The notes beneath the pieces are model-generated. The model saw nothing but the letters and a program-made list of their open reading frames with translations, had not been told where the DNA came from and searched no databases. From Cytophagales bacterium (GTDB lineage: Bacteria > Bacteroidota > Bacteroidia > Cytophagales > JAAEPT01), in contig OZ253953.1 in the NCBI GenBank assembly GCA_965267335.1, positions 3,994,662 to 4,058,661 on the forward strand: a stretch of DNA of 64,000 nt, in the 5' to 3' direction. The position numbers were made by a program, and so were the translations under genes. Numbering within the stretch: the stretch's first letter is position 1; each line of letters opens with the position of its first letter. Positions 9,901-17,489 of the stretch are shown one piece after another.

Positions 9901-10206
9901 ATTAACAACCACGGTTCGATTTTTTCCTGAAGCAAATATGAGCAAATAATCTCCGGAAGGGATCACAACAGACGGAAGGGTAAATGTATCACTACTTCCA
10001 TCAATCAACTTATAGTTCGACAAATCAACACTTGTTGCACCTGCATTATATAACTCAATCCAGTCCTCAGCATCTCCATCCTCATCAATCAATCCATTAC
10101 CTGAGTCGTTGAACGAACTGACTTCATTAATAACTATCTGTCCCCGAGTAATAGTACTCCACGATAGAAAAATCAAAAAAAAGAATATTGGTCTGGCGGT
10201 CTTCAA
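6688..10206 (-). CDS. LTD-CotH-LTD kinase-family protein with a T9SS C-terminal sorting domain
   Basis: 1172-aa ORF with a TTG start and a signal peptide. LTD motifs are present at both ends (IVINEVSS...DWIELYNAG and INEINYNSS...DWLELYNYG). The CotH core contains PAILFINGQYWGIQNIREK and WDWPQNNLKLW. The last 80 aa (IYVFPNPTQGMINILINS...SVQKIVVL) look like a Por/T9SS type-A sorting domain. Confidence 0.9.
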   Translation of the reverse strand: MKTARPIFFFLIFLSWSTITRGQIVINEVSSFNDSGNGLIDEDGDAEDWIELYNAGATSVDLSNYKLIDGSSDTFTLPSVVIPSGDYLLIFASGKNRTVVVNHWETAINDTAIWRYEVPSAEPPSNWNDLSFDDSGIAQAIGGFGYGDGDDNTILSNPISSVYIRKEFVIPDINDISSAILDIDIDDGFVAYLNGVEIARSNNITGQPPTYDTYTTIDHEAQMYSGGDPSRYLIHDSIIENTLVTGTNVLAIQAHNANAFSSDMTVRPFLSFGISSGSSYFYNTPSWFSGATSILHTNFKLDKDGEQLSLLDESNTIIDQVNTGAMQLDHSAGRQPDGNTNWVIFDVSTPGATNNASTGYFGYCPDVLTFDLPAGFYNSSQTVSITGSSEIRYTIDGSLPTSSSTLYTGPIAIDTTTPVRAACFSSGFLPGEVVTNTYFINQDKDLPVISLTTNPENFWDYNEGIYVDGPGWTAPMPHTGANYWMDWEKPVHIEFFDNTGTEQFEQDAGTQIFGGWSRTQDQKSLRIKAKSMYGKNRIDYKFFEDKKNSSFKQIVLRNSGNDFLNSNLRDGTNQSNIVGATDFEYQSFQPAILFINGQYWGIQNIREKINDHFIEDNSGFPSDEIDLIDTWGQTIAGDASDFWILHWGVTNSDLSDQSNYDNYSQYFDMESMADYFACNLFLSNWDWPQNNLKLWRHRTGEYKLRYIMYDTDITHGVWGLLPMDSNMISRLMDGSTDPHSQMMTSFLANPDYRNYFINRSADLMNTIYLPTYFNNTLDQVKNEMDNELPIHYARWGGNMFTHDYYIQELRDYINQRPALHRDHIEERFSLNKQVDITLEVNPPGAGYIKINTIYPESLPWTGVYFDGVPVTITAVANPGYSFDRWEAPLISGSDPNKSITLNVDQDATFTAFFTGSSVPLELTINEINYNSSIIFDTDDWLELYNYGSVDLDISGWSISDSRDYNSYVMPEGTVIASGEYLVVCNDTTKFKQVNPTVSNYIGNLGFSFSNAGELIELYDAKGDLVEQLLFDDEAPWDVLADGQGYTLEKITPSDDGSLSTSWEARCVKGSPGSMNGLDCIVSLEEEQPHNNDIYVFPNPTQGMINILINSEGYESSLLEILDARGVPVVRKRLQGIEAGYLEQVSLFSLPKGIYSVSLKGEGKMSVQKIVVL

Positions 10207-10272
10207 AAATTAACTGAATGTAAACAAGAGGTTAAATTTACATAAAAAATACAACAAAAACTAAGCTAAGTC

Positions 10273-10917
10273 CTATAAACCAACCTCATAGGCCACACTA
10301 AATATAGTAGAGTTTTCAAGTGGGGCTTCGTTCAAGGCTATTTGTCTCAGAATAGAAAATTTCAGTTCGCGCTTACCTTTGAGGTCATATGAGAAGTCCC
10401 AGCCTATCCTTACTCTGTTCAGATAGTTTGGTTTATAATGCATCAGGTAAAAAACCTCAGAATATATCCCAGGGGTAAGCTTTTTAAGGAAATTGTTCTT
10501 GAGGTTGTATTCAAAACCGGCTCTCAGACGCAGCCGACTGTATGGAATTTCATTGGTTTCGTAGTCCCTTTGCCAGCGCAGTCTGGATTCGAATCTTGTT
10601 CTTCTAAAAACCTTATTATCATAGTACAAACTTGCTGTAATTCGGTTTCCCTGGGTTCTCTCATTCCATGAGTGCCTGTAGTCAAGTCCTGTTTTCCAGT
10701 CTTTTCCTAGCTTAAAACGTATTCCGGGAGAAAGAAGAAATCTCTTGAAGGATGACAAATTTTCATCCAGCCGATATTGAGATTCAAGGCTCCATTTCAC
10801 CTTTTTTACCAATTTATCCTCAACTTCCAGGCCAGTCCATAGCTCTACATCGTTGGTCTGTGCATATACGCCAGAGCCTATGCAGGATAAAATAAGCAGA
10901 AGGATAAAGCGCCTCAT
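10273..10917 (-). CDS. DUF2490-type predicted outer-membrane beta-barrel protein
   Basis: 214-aa ORF with signal peptide MRRFILLLILSCIGSGVYAQ. It has alternating amphipathic beta-strand patterning rich in Y/R/W, and the N-terminal WTGLEVEDKL...W.L.SQYRL segment typical of DUF2490 as I recall it. Confidence 0.65.
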   Translation of the reverse strand: MRRFILLLILSCIGSGVYAQTNDVELWTGLEVEDKLVKKVKWSLESQYRLDENLSSFKRFLLSPGIRFKLGKDWKTGLDYRHSWNERTQGNRITASLYYDNKVFRRTRFESRLRWQRDYETNEIPYSRLRLRAGFEYNLKNNFLKKLTPGIYSEVFYLMHYKPNYLNRVRIGWDFSYDLKGKRELKFSILRQIALNEAPLENSTIFSVAYEVGL

Positions 10918-10927
10918 AGCACTAAAA

Positions 10928-11569
10928 TCACTTACCTTCTTCGTAATAGTACACCTTGATCTGAGCAGTATCTCTCAGGTAATCGATCCGTGTCACTTCA
11001 ATATTTTGAATCTTTAACCCTGTTCTTTCTTCCAGATCTGCCAATAGTTCAGTTTTTCTCTGGGGCTTGATTAGATCAATTTTTTCATAAGTTATGAGCT
11101 TATAGGCATAATGTGACTTCAGCCAGATTCTTTCCAAAACGAAAGTCATACCTGCAATCGCAACATTGGCAAAAAGTAACTCAGAGCCTGTGATCTTTTC
11201 AGAAAGCGCATTAATAACAGCTACTGTAATACTGACAAAGAGAAAGGTCATTTCCTTAATCGGTATTTGTTCCGTTCGGTATCTGAGAATACTAAACACT
11301 GCAAACAAACCAAATGCGAAGCCAATTTTCAACTTAACACTGCTCAACAGGAAGGTGACGAAGAAAATAATCAGGTTGAAAACAAAGAATGTAAACAAGT
11401 ACTCTCTATTCTTATTTATCGGATAATAGATCAATCTGATTATGACAAAGGCAAAAATGAAGTTGATTCCAAACTTCACCATCAGTTCGACAAAGGAGTC
11501 CTTGTCGAACCAATCCTCTGTAAACATTTCCCATCCTGTGTTTTTCAATAAAATATTTAGTGTGCTCAT
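10928..11569 (-). CDS. DUF4956-type multi-pass membrane protein
   Basis: 213-aa ORF with about 4 hydrophobic helices. It has a FAVFSILRYRTEQIPIKEM motif and a soluble C-terminal domain. Its ATG overlaps the TGA of the upstream VTC gene (ATGA at 11566-11569). Confidence 0.65.
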   Translation of the reverse strand: MSTLNILLKNTGWEMFTEDWFDKDSFVELMVKFGINFIFAFVIIRLIYYPINKNREYLFTFFVFNLIIFFVTFLLSSVKLKIGFAFGLFAVFSILRYRTEQIPIKEMTFLFVSITVAVINALSEKITGSELLFANVAIAGMTFVLERIWLKSHYAYKLITYEKIDLIKPQRKTELLADLEERTGLKIQNIEVTRIDYLRDTAQIKVYYYEEGK

Positions 11570-12381
11570 CGTTGCTCTGAAGTAATCTTTTTTAGTTGTC
11601 GAAATTTCGGTTTGAATCTGTTCTTTTTAACCTCATCATACACTGAGGCTATACCAATACAATATTTGCTAAACCCAAATTCCGAAATTTTCATTTCTCT
11701 CAGTAATTCCGAAATTACAGAGTTGGTTGAAAATTTATCTTGTTTTAACTCAATAATTGCTATACTGTGAAGGTCCTTCTGCTCTCCGTTACCCTCGAAA
11801 CCAAGGTTTATGTCTACCGTCACTCTTTCTGTTAAATTCCTATCCGTCAGAGTAATTCGCTTGTAATAGACCCATAATTTTGCCTCGAGGCTGGATTCGT
11901 CTATATCGGTTTCAGCAATTTCGTTTATAAAATCAATACTCTCTTCATCGAGGTCAATTTCAATCTCATCACGCCCTACTCTTTTTTTAATCGTTCTACC
12001 CCGGTTATTTTTGAATTTGATCTCAAAAAAAGAATTATCCGTTTCAACGTAGGTTCTGCTCCTGAACTTATAGCGGTTTAGTTTACCGTTGTGGTGAGAA
12101 GTATAAAGGTCGAAATCAGGTGTATCATAATACAATGTCTTGTATTGCATGATTCTGTTACCCTCAATATCCATTACATAGTAATCTTCCTGAAGTTTTT
12201 TTAGAACCTCCGGCAGAGTGCTCAAGGCAAACACATGTTTGGTGTCCTTTCGGTTCTGAAGCATTACCTGATTCATCCCTTCCAGGCCGATAGGATCAAA
12301 TCCCTCTACAACTGTCTGTATTTTAGATGTTAGGTCCAATAAGTTATTTGAGGTTGATGATATTGAACTGCGGCACAACAA
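11566..12381 (-). CDS. VTC-domain (triphosphate-tunnel, polyphosphate-polymerase-like) protein
   Basis: 271-aa ORF. It has basic beta-strand motifs typical of VTC/CYTH tunnels: YKFRSRTYVETDNSFFEIKFKNNRGRTIKKR, then AIIELKQD. The start is uncertain: TTG at 12381 overlaps the upstream gene, TTG at 12339 lies just past that gene's stop, and the first ATG is at 12276. Confidence 0.7.
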   Translation of the reverse strand: MLCRSSISSTSNNLLDLTSKIQTVVEGFDPIGLEGMNQVMLQNRKDTKHVFALSTLPEVLKKLQEDYYVMDIEGNRIMQYKTLYYDTPDFDLYTSHHNGKLNRYKFRSRTYVETDNSFFEIKFKNNRGRTIKKRVGRDEIEIDLDEESIDFINEIAETDIDESSLEAKLWVYYKRITLTDRNLTERVTVDINLGFEGNGEQKDLHSIAIIELKQDKFSTNSVISELLREMKISEFGFSKYCIGIASVYDEVKKNRFKPKFRQLKKITSEQR

Positions 12382-12742
12382 CCTCTTGTTTTTTCTCGTC
12401 TATTTTGACTTCTCGTAGGATCACTGCCTGCTCCGATGGACAAGTATCGCAATCGGTATATACGAATACGGTGTAATCTCCTTTTGTAAGATATTTGAAC
12501 TGGTAAGTCCCGTCATAATGAGTTCGTACCTCATCATCAAAGATACTATTGTCTCCATAGACGATATAAACACGCTCCTCCATACCATCGTATTCGGCAA
12601 GAGTGTCACCAGTTAAGGCTGATACATCATACACATATACAGAACCGGTAATCCGGGCTTTTCCCCCTTCTCCTTCTTCTTTTTCACAGGAGATCAAAGT
12701 AAAGCCAAAAAAGAAAATAAGTAAGGTTTTAAGATTCGGCAT
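12344..12742 (-). CDS. small lipoprotein, beta-sandwich-like (carboxypeptidase-regulatory-like guess)
   Basis: The ATG at 12742 gives MPNLKTLLIFFFGFTLISCEKE, a lipobox with Cys. The remainder is beta-rich (ITGSVYVYD..., YQFKYLTKGDYTVFVY). It is the first gene of the co-directional cluster. Confidence 0.55.
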   Translation of the reverse strand: MPNLKTLLIFFFGFTLISCEKEEGEGGKARITGSVYVYDVSALTGDTLAEYDGMEERVYIVYGDNSIFDDEVRTHYDGTYQFKYLTKGDYTVFVYTDCDTCPSEQAVILREVKIDEKKQEVVVPQFNIINLK

Positions 12743-12878
12743 ATCAAATGATTGATCGCACAAATATAATAATAACTTAATGTTAAATTAATGCAAAGCG
12801 ATTAGAAGAGCGGTTTACGTAGCAAAAATTTGCCTTTTAAGCATGATTTTTTCACTGCGTTAATACCATAAATCACAA

Positions 12879-13817
12879 CTAATTTTCACCCACTGACGCA
12901 AGCAGGTAAAGTACCGCCATACGTACCGCGACTCCATTCTCAACCTGATCGAGAATTATTGAATGCCCTGAGTCAGCCACATCACTGGTAATCTCCACAC
13001 CTCGATTGATAGGTCCGGGGTGCATTACAACTATTTCTTTATTCAGTGACTCCAGGAGTTCTTTATTGATACCATAATACATGGAATACTCTCGCAGTGA
13101 TGGGAAAAACTGTACTTCATCGTGTTGCCGTTCTAATTGAATTCTCAAAACGTTCGCAACATCACACCATTCCAATGCTTTCTTTACATGATGAAATACT
13201 TTGACTCCTATCTGGTCAATATATTTGGGAATCAAGGTTACAGGGCCACATACTGCCACTTCTGCCCCAAGTTTCTGTAAGGCAAAAATATTTGACAAGG
13301 CTACTCTGGAGTGTAAAATATCCCCGAATATGCAAACTTTTTTTCCTCCTACTTCACCCAACCTTTCCTTTATGGAAAAAGTGTCCAACAAGGCCTGAGT
13401 CGGATGTTCATGAGTACCATCCCCTGCGTTAATGATATTTGCATCGATATGTCTGGAAAGAAAATGTGGTGCACCGACACTACTATGTCGCATCACAACC
13501 ATATCGACTTTCATTGCAAGAATATTATTAACAGTATCTAGCAGTGTTTCTCCTTTTTTCACGGAACTTGATCCCGAAGAGAAATTCACAACATCAGCTG
13601 AAAGTCTTTTTTCTGCTAATTCGAATGATATTCTGGTTCTGGTAGAGTTCTCAAAAAAGACATTGGCAATCGTGATATCACGTAGTGAAGGTACTTTTTT
13701 AATCGGGCGATTGATTACTTCCTTAAACTGTTCAGCTGTTTCAAATATCAGTTGGATATCCTCTTTCGTCAGATCCTTAATTCCCAGTAAGTGCTTAGTA
13801 CTTAACTGTCCCATCAC
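12879..13817 (-). CDS. pyrB: aspartate carbamoyltransferase catalytic subunit
   Basis: 312 aa. Motifs: [30 protein letters not shown]. Confidence 0.95.
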   Translation of the reverse strand: MMGQLSTKHLLGIKDLTKEDIQLIFETAEQFKEVINRPIKKVPSLRDITIANVFFENSTRTRISFELAEKRLSADVVNFSSGSSSVKKGETLLDTVNNILAMKVDMVVMRHSSVGAPHFLSRHIDANIINAGDGTHEHPTQALLDTFSIKERLGEVGGKKVCIFGDILHSRVALSNIFALQKLGAEVAVCGPVTLIPKYIDQIGVKVFHHVKKALEWCDVANVLRIQLERQHDEVQFFPSLREYSMYYGINKELLESLNKEIVVMHPGPINRGVEITSDVADSGHSIILDQVENGVAVRMAVLYLLASVGEN

Positions 13818-14365
13818 TATGACTCATTATGTGTTATCAACCAGACATTGTCATTTGTTCCGTCATCGCCCTTCCATTCCACTATTACCTTCTGGGACAA
13901 CTGACTATTTATCGATTTTCCAATATAGTTCGGTTCAATTGGAAGTTCTCTGGTATATTTTCTATCAATAAGAACGAGTAATTCTACACTTCTCGGTCTT
14001 CCGTAAGCAGTGAGAGCATCCAATGCAGCTCTGACTGACCTACCTGTAAAGAGAACATCATCAACGATAATGACATTTTTGTCCTCAATTAGAAATGGAA
14101 TATTAGTATTGTTTGCTTTAACCGGCTCATCCCGTCTCCTGAAATCATCCCTATGAAATGTGATATCCAAGGCACCCAACTTTGGAGACTCAACTCCATG
14201 CTTGGTTAGTTGCTCCTTCAAGCGCTTGGCCAATAGTGTTCCTCTTGGCTGTAGGCCTATTAAAACCGATTCCTGAAAATTATTGTGGGATTCAATTAGT
14301 TCCTGACATAACCTGTCAATGGTTATGTTCAGTAGTTGGTCATCCAGTATGAGCTTCTTTTGCAT
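13817..14365 (-). CDS. pyrR: bifunctional pyr operon regulator / uracil phosphoribosyltransferase
   Basis: PRPP-binding motif [22 protein letters not shown] prefer the ATG at 14365 (MQKKLILDD) to the TTG at 14377 used in the track. The gene abuts pyrB. Confidence 0.9.
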   Translation of the reverse strand: MQKKLILDDQLLNITIDRLCQELIESHNNFQESVLIGLQPRGTLLAKRLKEQLTKHGVESPKLGALDITFHRDDFRRRDEPVKANNTNIPFLIEDKNVIIVDDVLFTGRSVRAALDALTAYGRPRSVELLVLIDRKYTRELPIEPNYIGKSINSQLSQKVIVEWKGDDGTNDNVWLITHNES

Positions 14366-14401
14366 ACTGAGATACAAAGTTATACAGATAATTAAATATT
14401 C

Positions 14402-15811
14402 TTATTCAAAGTCGATTTTATTGCATCGAACTATCTTTTTATTTCCCTTATCCTTTACATTTTCTATTGTCCAGGATATATAATAGTTGCTATACCAATG
14501 CTCGATGTTTGTATGTGCGAGACTCACACCAGTATCTGGAACCTCTTCAGAAACAACAATTTCGTTCTGATTTGGAATTACCTGAAACACAGTCTTTCCA
14601 TCATTAATATATACCAGTGCCTGGTGATCTTTGATTGAAGTCAAAGTAATCATATCCCGCATATCGTCAATTCGTACCTTATCGATATCAAATGTATTCG
14701 ACCACATCAAATCTCCTTCCGTGCTAATCGCACTTAAAAGTCCGTGCGTATATTGCCACCCGTCAAATACTTTGTAATAAGTAGTTATTGGAAGCCCTGC
14801 GGCATCAAAAAAAGTGTGTGACTCTCGCCTATAGGTTGGGTAGTAAGCCTCTGCAACCATCAGATACTCCTCACCTCGTTTTACCAAAGTATGTGGATTG
14901 ATAAGGTATGGCAATGAAACCGCTTCTCCAACGGCCGAATCCCCTCCAGACATATATTTATCAAATGTTTCCAACCCTGAAAAGGCATAGTATTTATTAA
15001 AAAGTTGCTTTTTGCCTTTAAAACCTGACACAAAAAATCCGCGCTCACCTACTTCACCTTCATCAAGATAGGTTCCGATCACAAAAACCAGATCATTATT
15101 AATTTCTGATATTTTACCATTTATTAAGCGCTTTCCCTCATCCGGACGCACTCGGTAAGACTCCTCTTCCTTTCCCATATCTGAGTATACCTTTACTAAC
15201 AAGTCCCTGTGATCTCTGGTTTTGTTGACACTCACCACATTGACCTTTTTCAACTCTGGAAAAACATCGACTCGTGTTACTTTTGGATACCCCCTGAATG
15301 CCGTGCTTAATGCACGCACTTTACCTGTTTCTAAGTCCGCATGTATTAAAGTAGGGCTGTTGATTAATCTGGCATCAATAAAGAGCTTATCATTGATGGC
15401 TTTAAAGTCCACAATATCAAACCTGGCAAAGGTTTCAACATCTTTGGTTTTGAGTTCCCCGGTGGAGACGTCAATTTTCAGTACCTTCAACCGCTTCTTT
15501 TTGTACCGGTTAAAAATCAGGTACAAATTACCTTGCCCATAGTAATAGGCCTCGTAATCATACTTTCCATCAACTGTTATGTTCTTGTTCCATTTTGGAT
15601 TAAACAGCTCATCATACAGGCTGAAAGTCCAGGTTTGCTCCTTCACTCTCCGCTGAGTTATTCTATTGGAAAAAATGAGAACTCCTTGATGTTCCACTGG
15701 TATTAGTTGATGATGCCGGGTTGGTTCCAGTTCAATTTGTGCAGAATCCCTAAGGTACTGGCCGTATCCAGGCAGCGAAATTAACATCATTATGATCACA
15801 CATAACCTCAT
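14402..15811 (-). CDS. secreted protein of unknown function
   Basis: 469-aa ORF with signal peptide MRLCVIIMMLISLPGYGQ. Its ATG overlaps the bcp stop (ATGA). No family recognised. Confidence 0.6.
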   Translation of the reverse strand: MRLCVIIMMLISLPGYGQYLRDSAQIELEPTRHHQLIPVEHQGVLIFSNRITQRRVKEQTWTFSLYDELFNPKWNKNITVDGKYDYEAYYYGQGNLYLIFNRYKKKRLKVLKIDVSTGELKTKDVETFARFDIVDFKAINDKLFIDARLINSPTLIHADLETGKVRALSTAFRGYPKVTRVDVFPELKKVNVVSVNKTRDHRDLLVKVYSDMGKEEESYRVRPDEGKRLINGKISEINNDLVFVIGTYLDEGEVGERGFFVSGFKGKKQLFNKYYAFSGLETFDKYMSGGDSAVGEAVSLPYLINPHTLVKRGEEYLMVAEAYYPTYRRESHTFFDAAGLPITTYYKVFDGWQYTHGLLSAISTEGDLMWSNTFDIDKVRIDDMRDMITLTSIKDHQALVYINDGKTVFQVIPNQNEIVVSEEVPDTGVSLAHTNIEHWYSNYYISWTIENVKDKGNKKIVRCNKIDFE

Positions 15812-16254
15812 TCCAGCTTCTTCAACATTTCAGTAACATGAATTTTAAAATCAAATAAGTTATTGGTTACGAACTTGATACGACCGTCCTGCCCTACAAA
15901 GTACGTAACTCTTTTCACCAGTCCTATTAACGGAATATAGGCCCCGTATGTTCGCGACACTTCCCCCCCATGATCATAGAGCAAATCAAAGGGAAGGCTA
16001 TGTTTCTGTTTGAATCGCGTGTGCTTTTCCACACTGCCCTTGCTTATCCCAACAATATTAACTCCCTTCTTCTCGAAATGGCTATACTCATCTCTAAAGC
16101 CACAAGCTTCTTTTGTACAGCCCGCGGTAAAGTCCTTCGGATAGAAGTAAATTATCAGTGGCCCTTTCTGAAGTGCTTCCTCCAAATGAAAATCCTCTCC
16201 TGAGGTAGATGGAAGCGTAAAGTCAGGAGCCTTGTCTCCAACTTGTAGTGACAT
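15808..16254 (-). CDS. bcp: thioredoxin-dependent thiol peroxidase (peroxiredoxin Q/BCP)
   Basis: 148 aa. It has the motif YFYPKDFTAGCTKEAC with the peroxidatic Cys. Confidence 0.9.
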   Translation of the reverse strand: MSLQVGDKAPDFTLPSTSGEDFHLEEALQKGPLIIYFYPKDFTAGCTKEACGFRDEYSHFEKKGVNIVGISKGSVEKHTRFKQKHSLPFDLLYDHGGEVSRTYGAYIPLIGLVKRVTYFVGQDGRIKFVTNNLFDFKIHVTEMLKKLE

Positions 16255-16661
16255 TACTCTCCAGCCATTTCCATTACCTTCCTGTACTCTTCAGGACTAA
16301 CTTTAGACACAGAAAGTCGGCTTAGCCTGACAAGCTCCATTTCGCTGAGCTCGGGTTCAGACTTCACTTCAGCAAGTGTAACGGGCTTCTTTAATTTTTT
16401 CTCAGGAACAACATCAACCACAACCCATCTATCATCCTCTGTGGTAGGATCCGGGTAATGCTCACGCACAACCTTCGCAACACCCACAATCTCTTTTCCA
16501 ATATTACTATGGTAAAACAGACACAAGTCTCCTTCCTTCATAGCCATCAGATTAAGTCGTGCCGCGTAATTTCGCACACCATCCCAATGATCTCTTTTGA
16601 GTTCAACAAAGTCATCCCAGGAATATTTATTCGGTTCAGATTTAATCAACCAGTAATTCAT
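16254..16661 (-). CDS. EVE (PUA-like) domain protein
   Basis: 135 aa. MNYWLIKSEPNKYSWDDF...WDGVRNYAARLNLMAMKEGDLCLFYHS is the characteristic EVE N-terminus. Confidence 0.85.
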   Translation of the reverse strand: MNYWLIKSEPNKYSWDDFVELKRDHWDGVRNYAARLNLMAMKEGDLCLFYHSNIGKEIVGVAKVVREHYPDPTTEDDRWVVVDVVPEKKLKKPVTLAEVKSEPELSEMELVRLSRLSVSKVSPEEYRKVMEMAGE

Positions 16662-17043
16662 CTCGTTTTATTCTTAGTTTCTGATCATTTAGTTCCAAAA
16701 TTGTAAATACGGGCTTGGTACCATCCAGATTCAGGACCAATCTTCCGGACTTATCCAAGGCCCATAACCCGTGAATAAAATCCAAATCCTGTTTTTTACC
16801 TTTGACGATTTTAAACATCACCAACTTACCCGTATCCATAAACTGCATACCTTGAAGATTATCTTTCTTATTCCCACTCAGTGGCACTAACACTATTTGC
16901 TCTTCTCCGCTCACAATTGAAATGTCTTTCGACACGTCTTCAAAAACCCAACTTTTCCTTAACAAGGACAAGTCTACTTCCTTTCTTCCGTCACTACAGG
17001 AGGCCATTATAGGGATCAACAAAATCGTCAGTAGTTTCCTCAC
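16642..17043 (-). CDS. lipoprotein of unknown function
   Basis: MRKLLTILLIPIMASCSDG lipobox. It overlaps both neighbouring genes, which suggests an operon. Confidence 0.55.
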   Translation of the reverse strand: MRKLLTILLIPIMASCSDGRKEVDLSLLRKSWVFEDVSKDISIVSGEEQIVLVPLSGNKKDNLQGMQFMDTGKLVMFKIVKGKKQDLDFIHGLWALDKSGRLVLNLDGTKPVFTILELNDQKLRIKRDELLVD

Positions 17044-17438
17044 CTTTTCTCCAGTTTCAAATACTTGTCATCTAATTCAATAACCTTATATACATAAAGT
17101 TTTTCTTTATTTTTAATAGAGAGGCTTACCTCTATTTCAGCTCCTTTATTCAACCATGACCACTTCCCTGATGTACTTTCCCCTCGATCTGATCGTCCAC
17201 CAGTGATCATTTGCATCGACCCGTCCGAATTAAAAACAAGCTTCCTTCTTGGCCTGGAAGGAGGAAGTTCCGTAGTCGAGGGCACATAGGTTTTGACTTT
17301 TCCATCATCTTGTTCATGCGCATGCACCCAGGTTCTACATAGTAGTTCCCTTTTCTTCTTCAAACCTGCACAACCTGCTACAAGTACAGTTATCATGATA
17401 ATAAAAACCCATCTAACACTAGCTCTTCTCTGATACAT
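17040..17438 (-). CDS. lipoprotein of unknown function
   Basis: The signal/lipobox is VLVAGCAG. Its size and beta-rich pattern resemble the downstream paralog-like ORF. Confidence 0.5.
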   Translation of the reverse strand: MYQRRASVRWVFIIMITVLVAGCAGLKKKRELLCRTWVHAHEQDDGKVKTYVPSTTELPPSRPRRKLVFNSDGSMQMITGGRSDRGESTSGKWSWLNKGAEIEVSLSIKNKEKLYVYKVIELDDKYLKLEKR

Positions 17439-17489
17439 TTATGAAAATCATTTATTACATTCAGGACTCTAAATCAAAAGAAACGTGAA

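Noticed and set aside
13201-13971. Plus-strand ORFs 13201..13398 and 13432..13971 (179 aa)
   Set aside because: They lie antisense to pyrB and pyrR and span the junction between them. They are Ser/Leu/Ile-rich shadow sequence.
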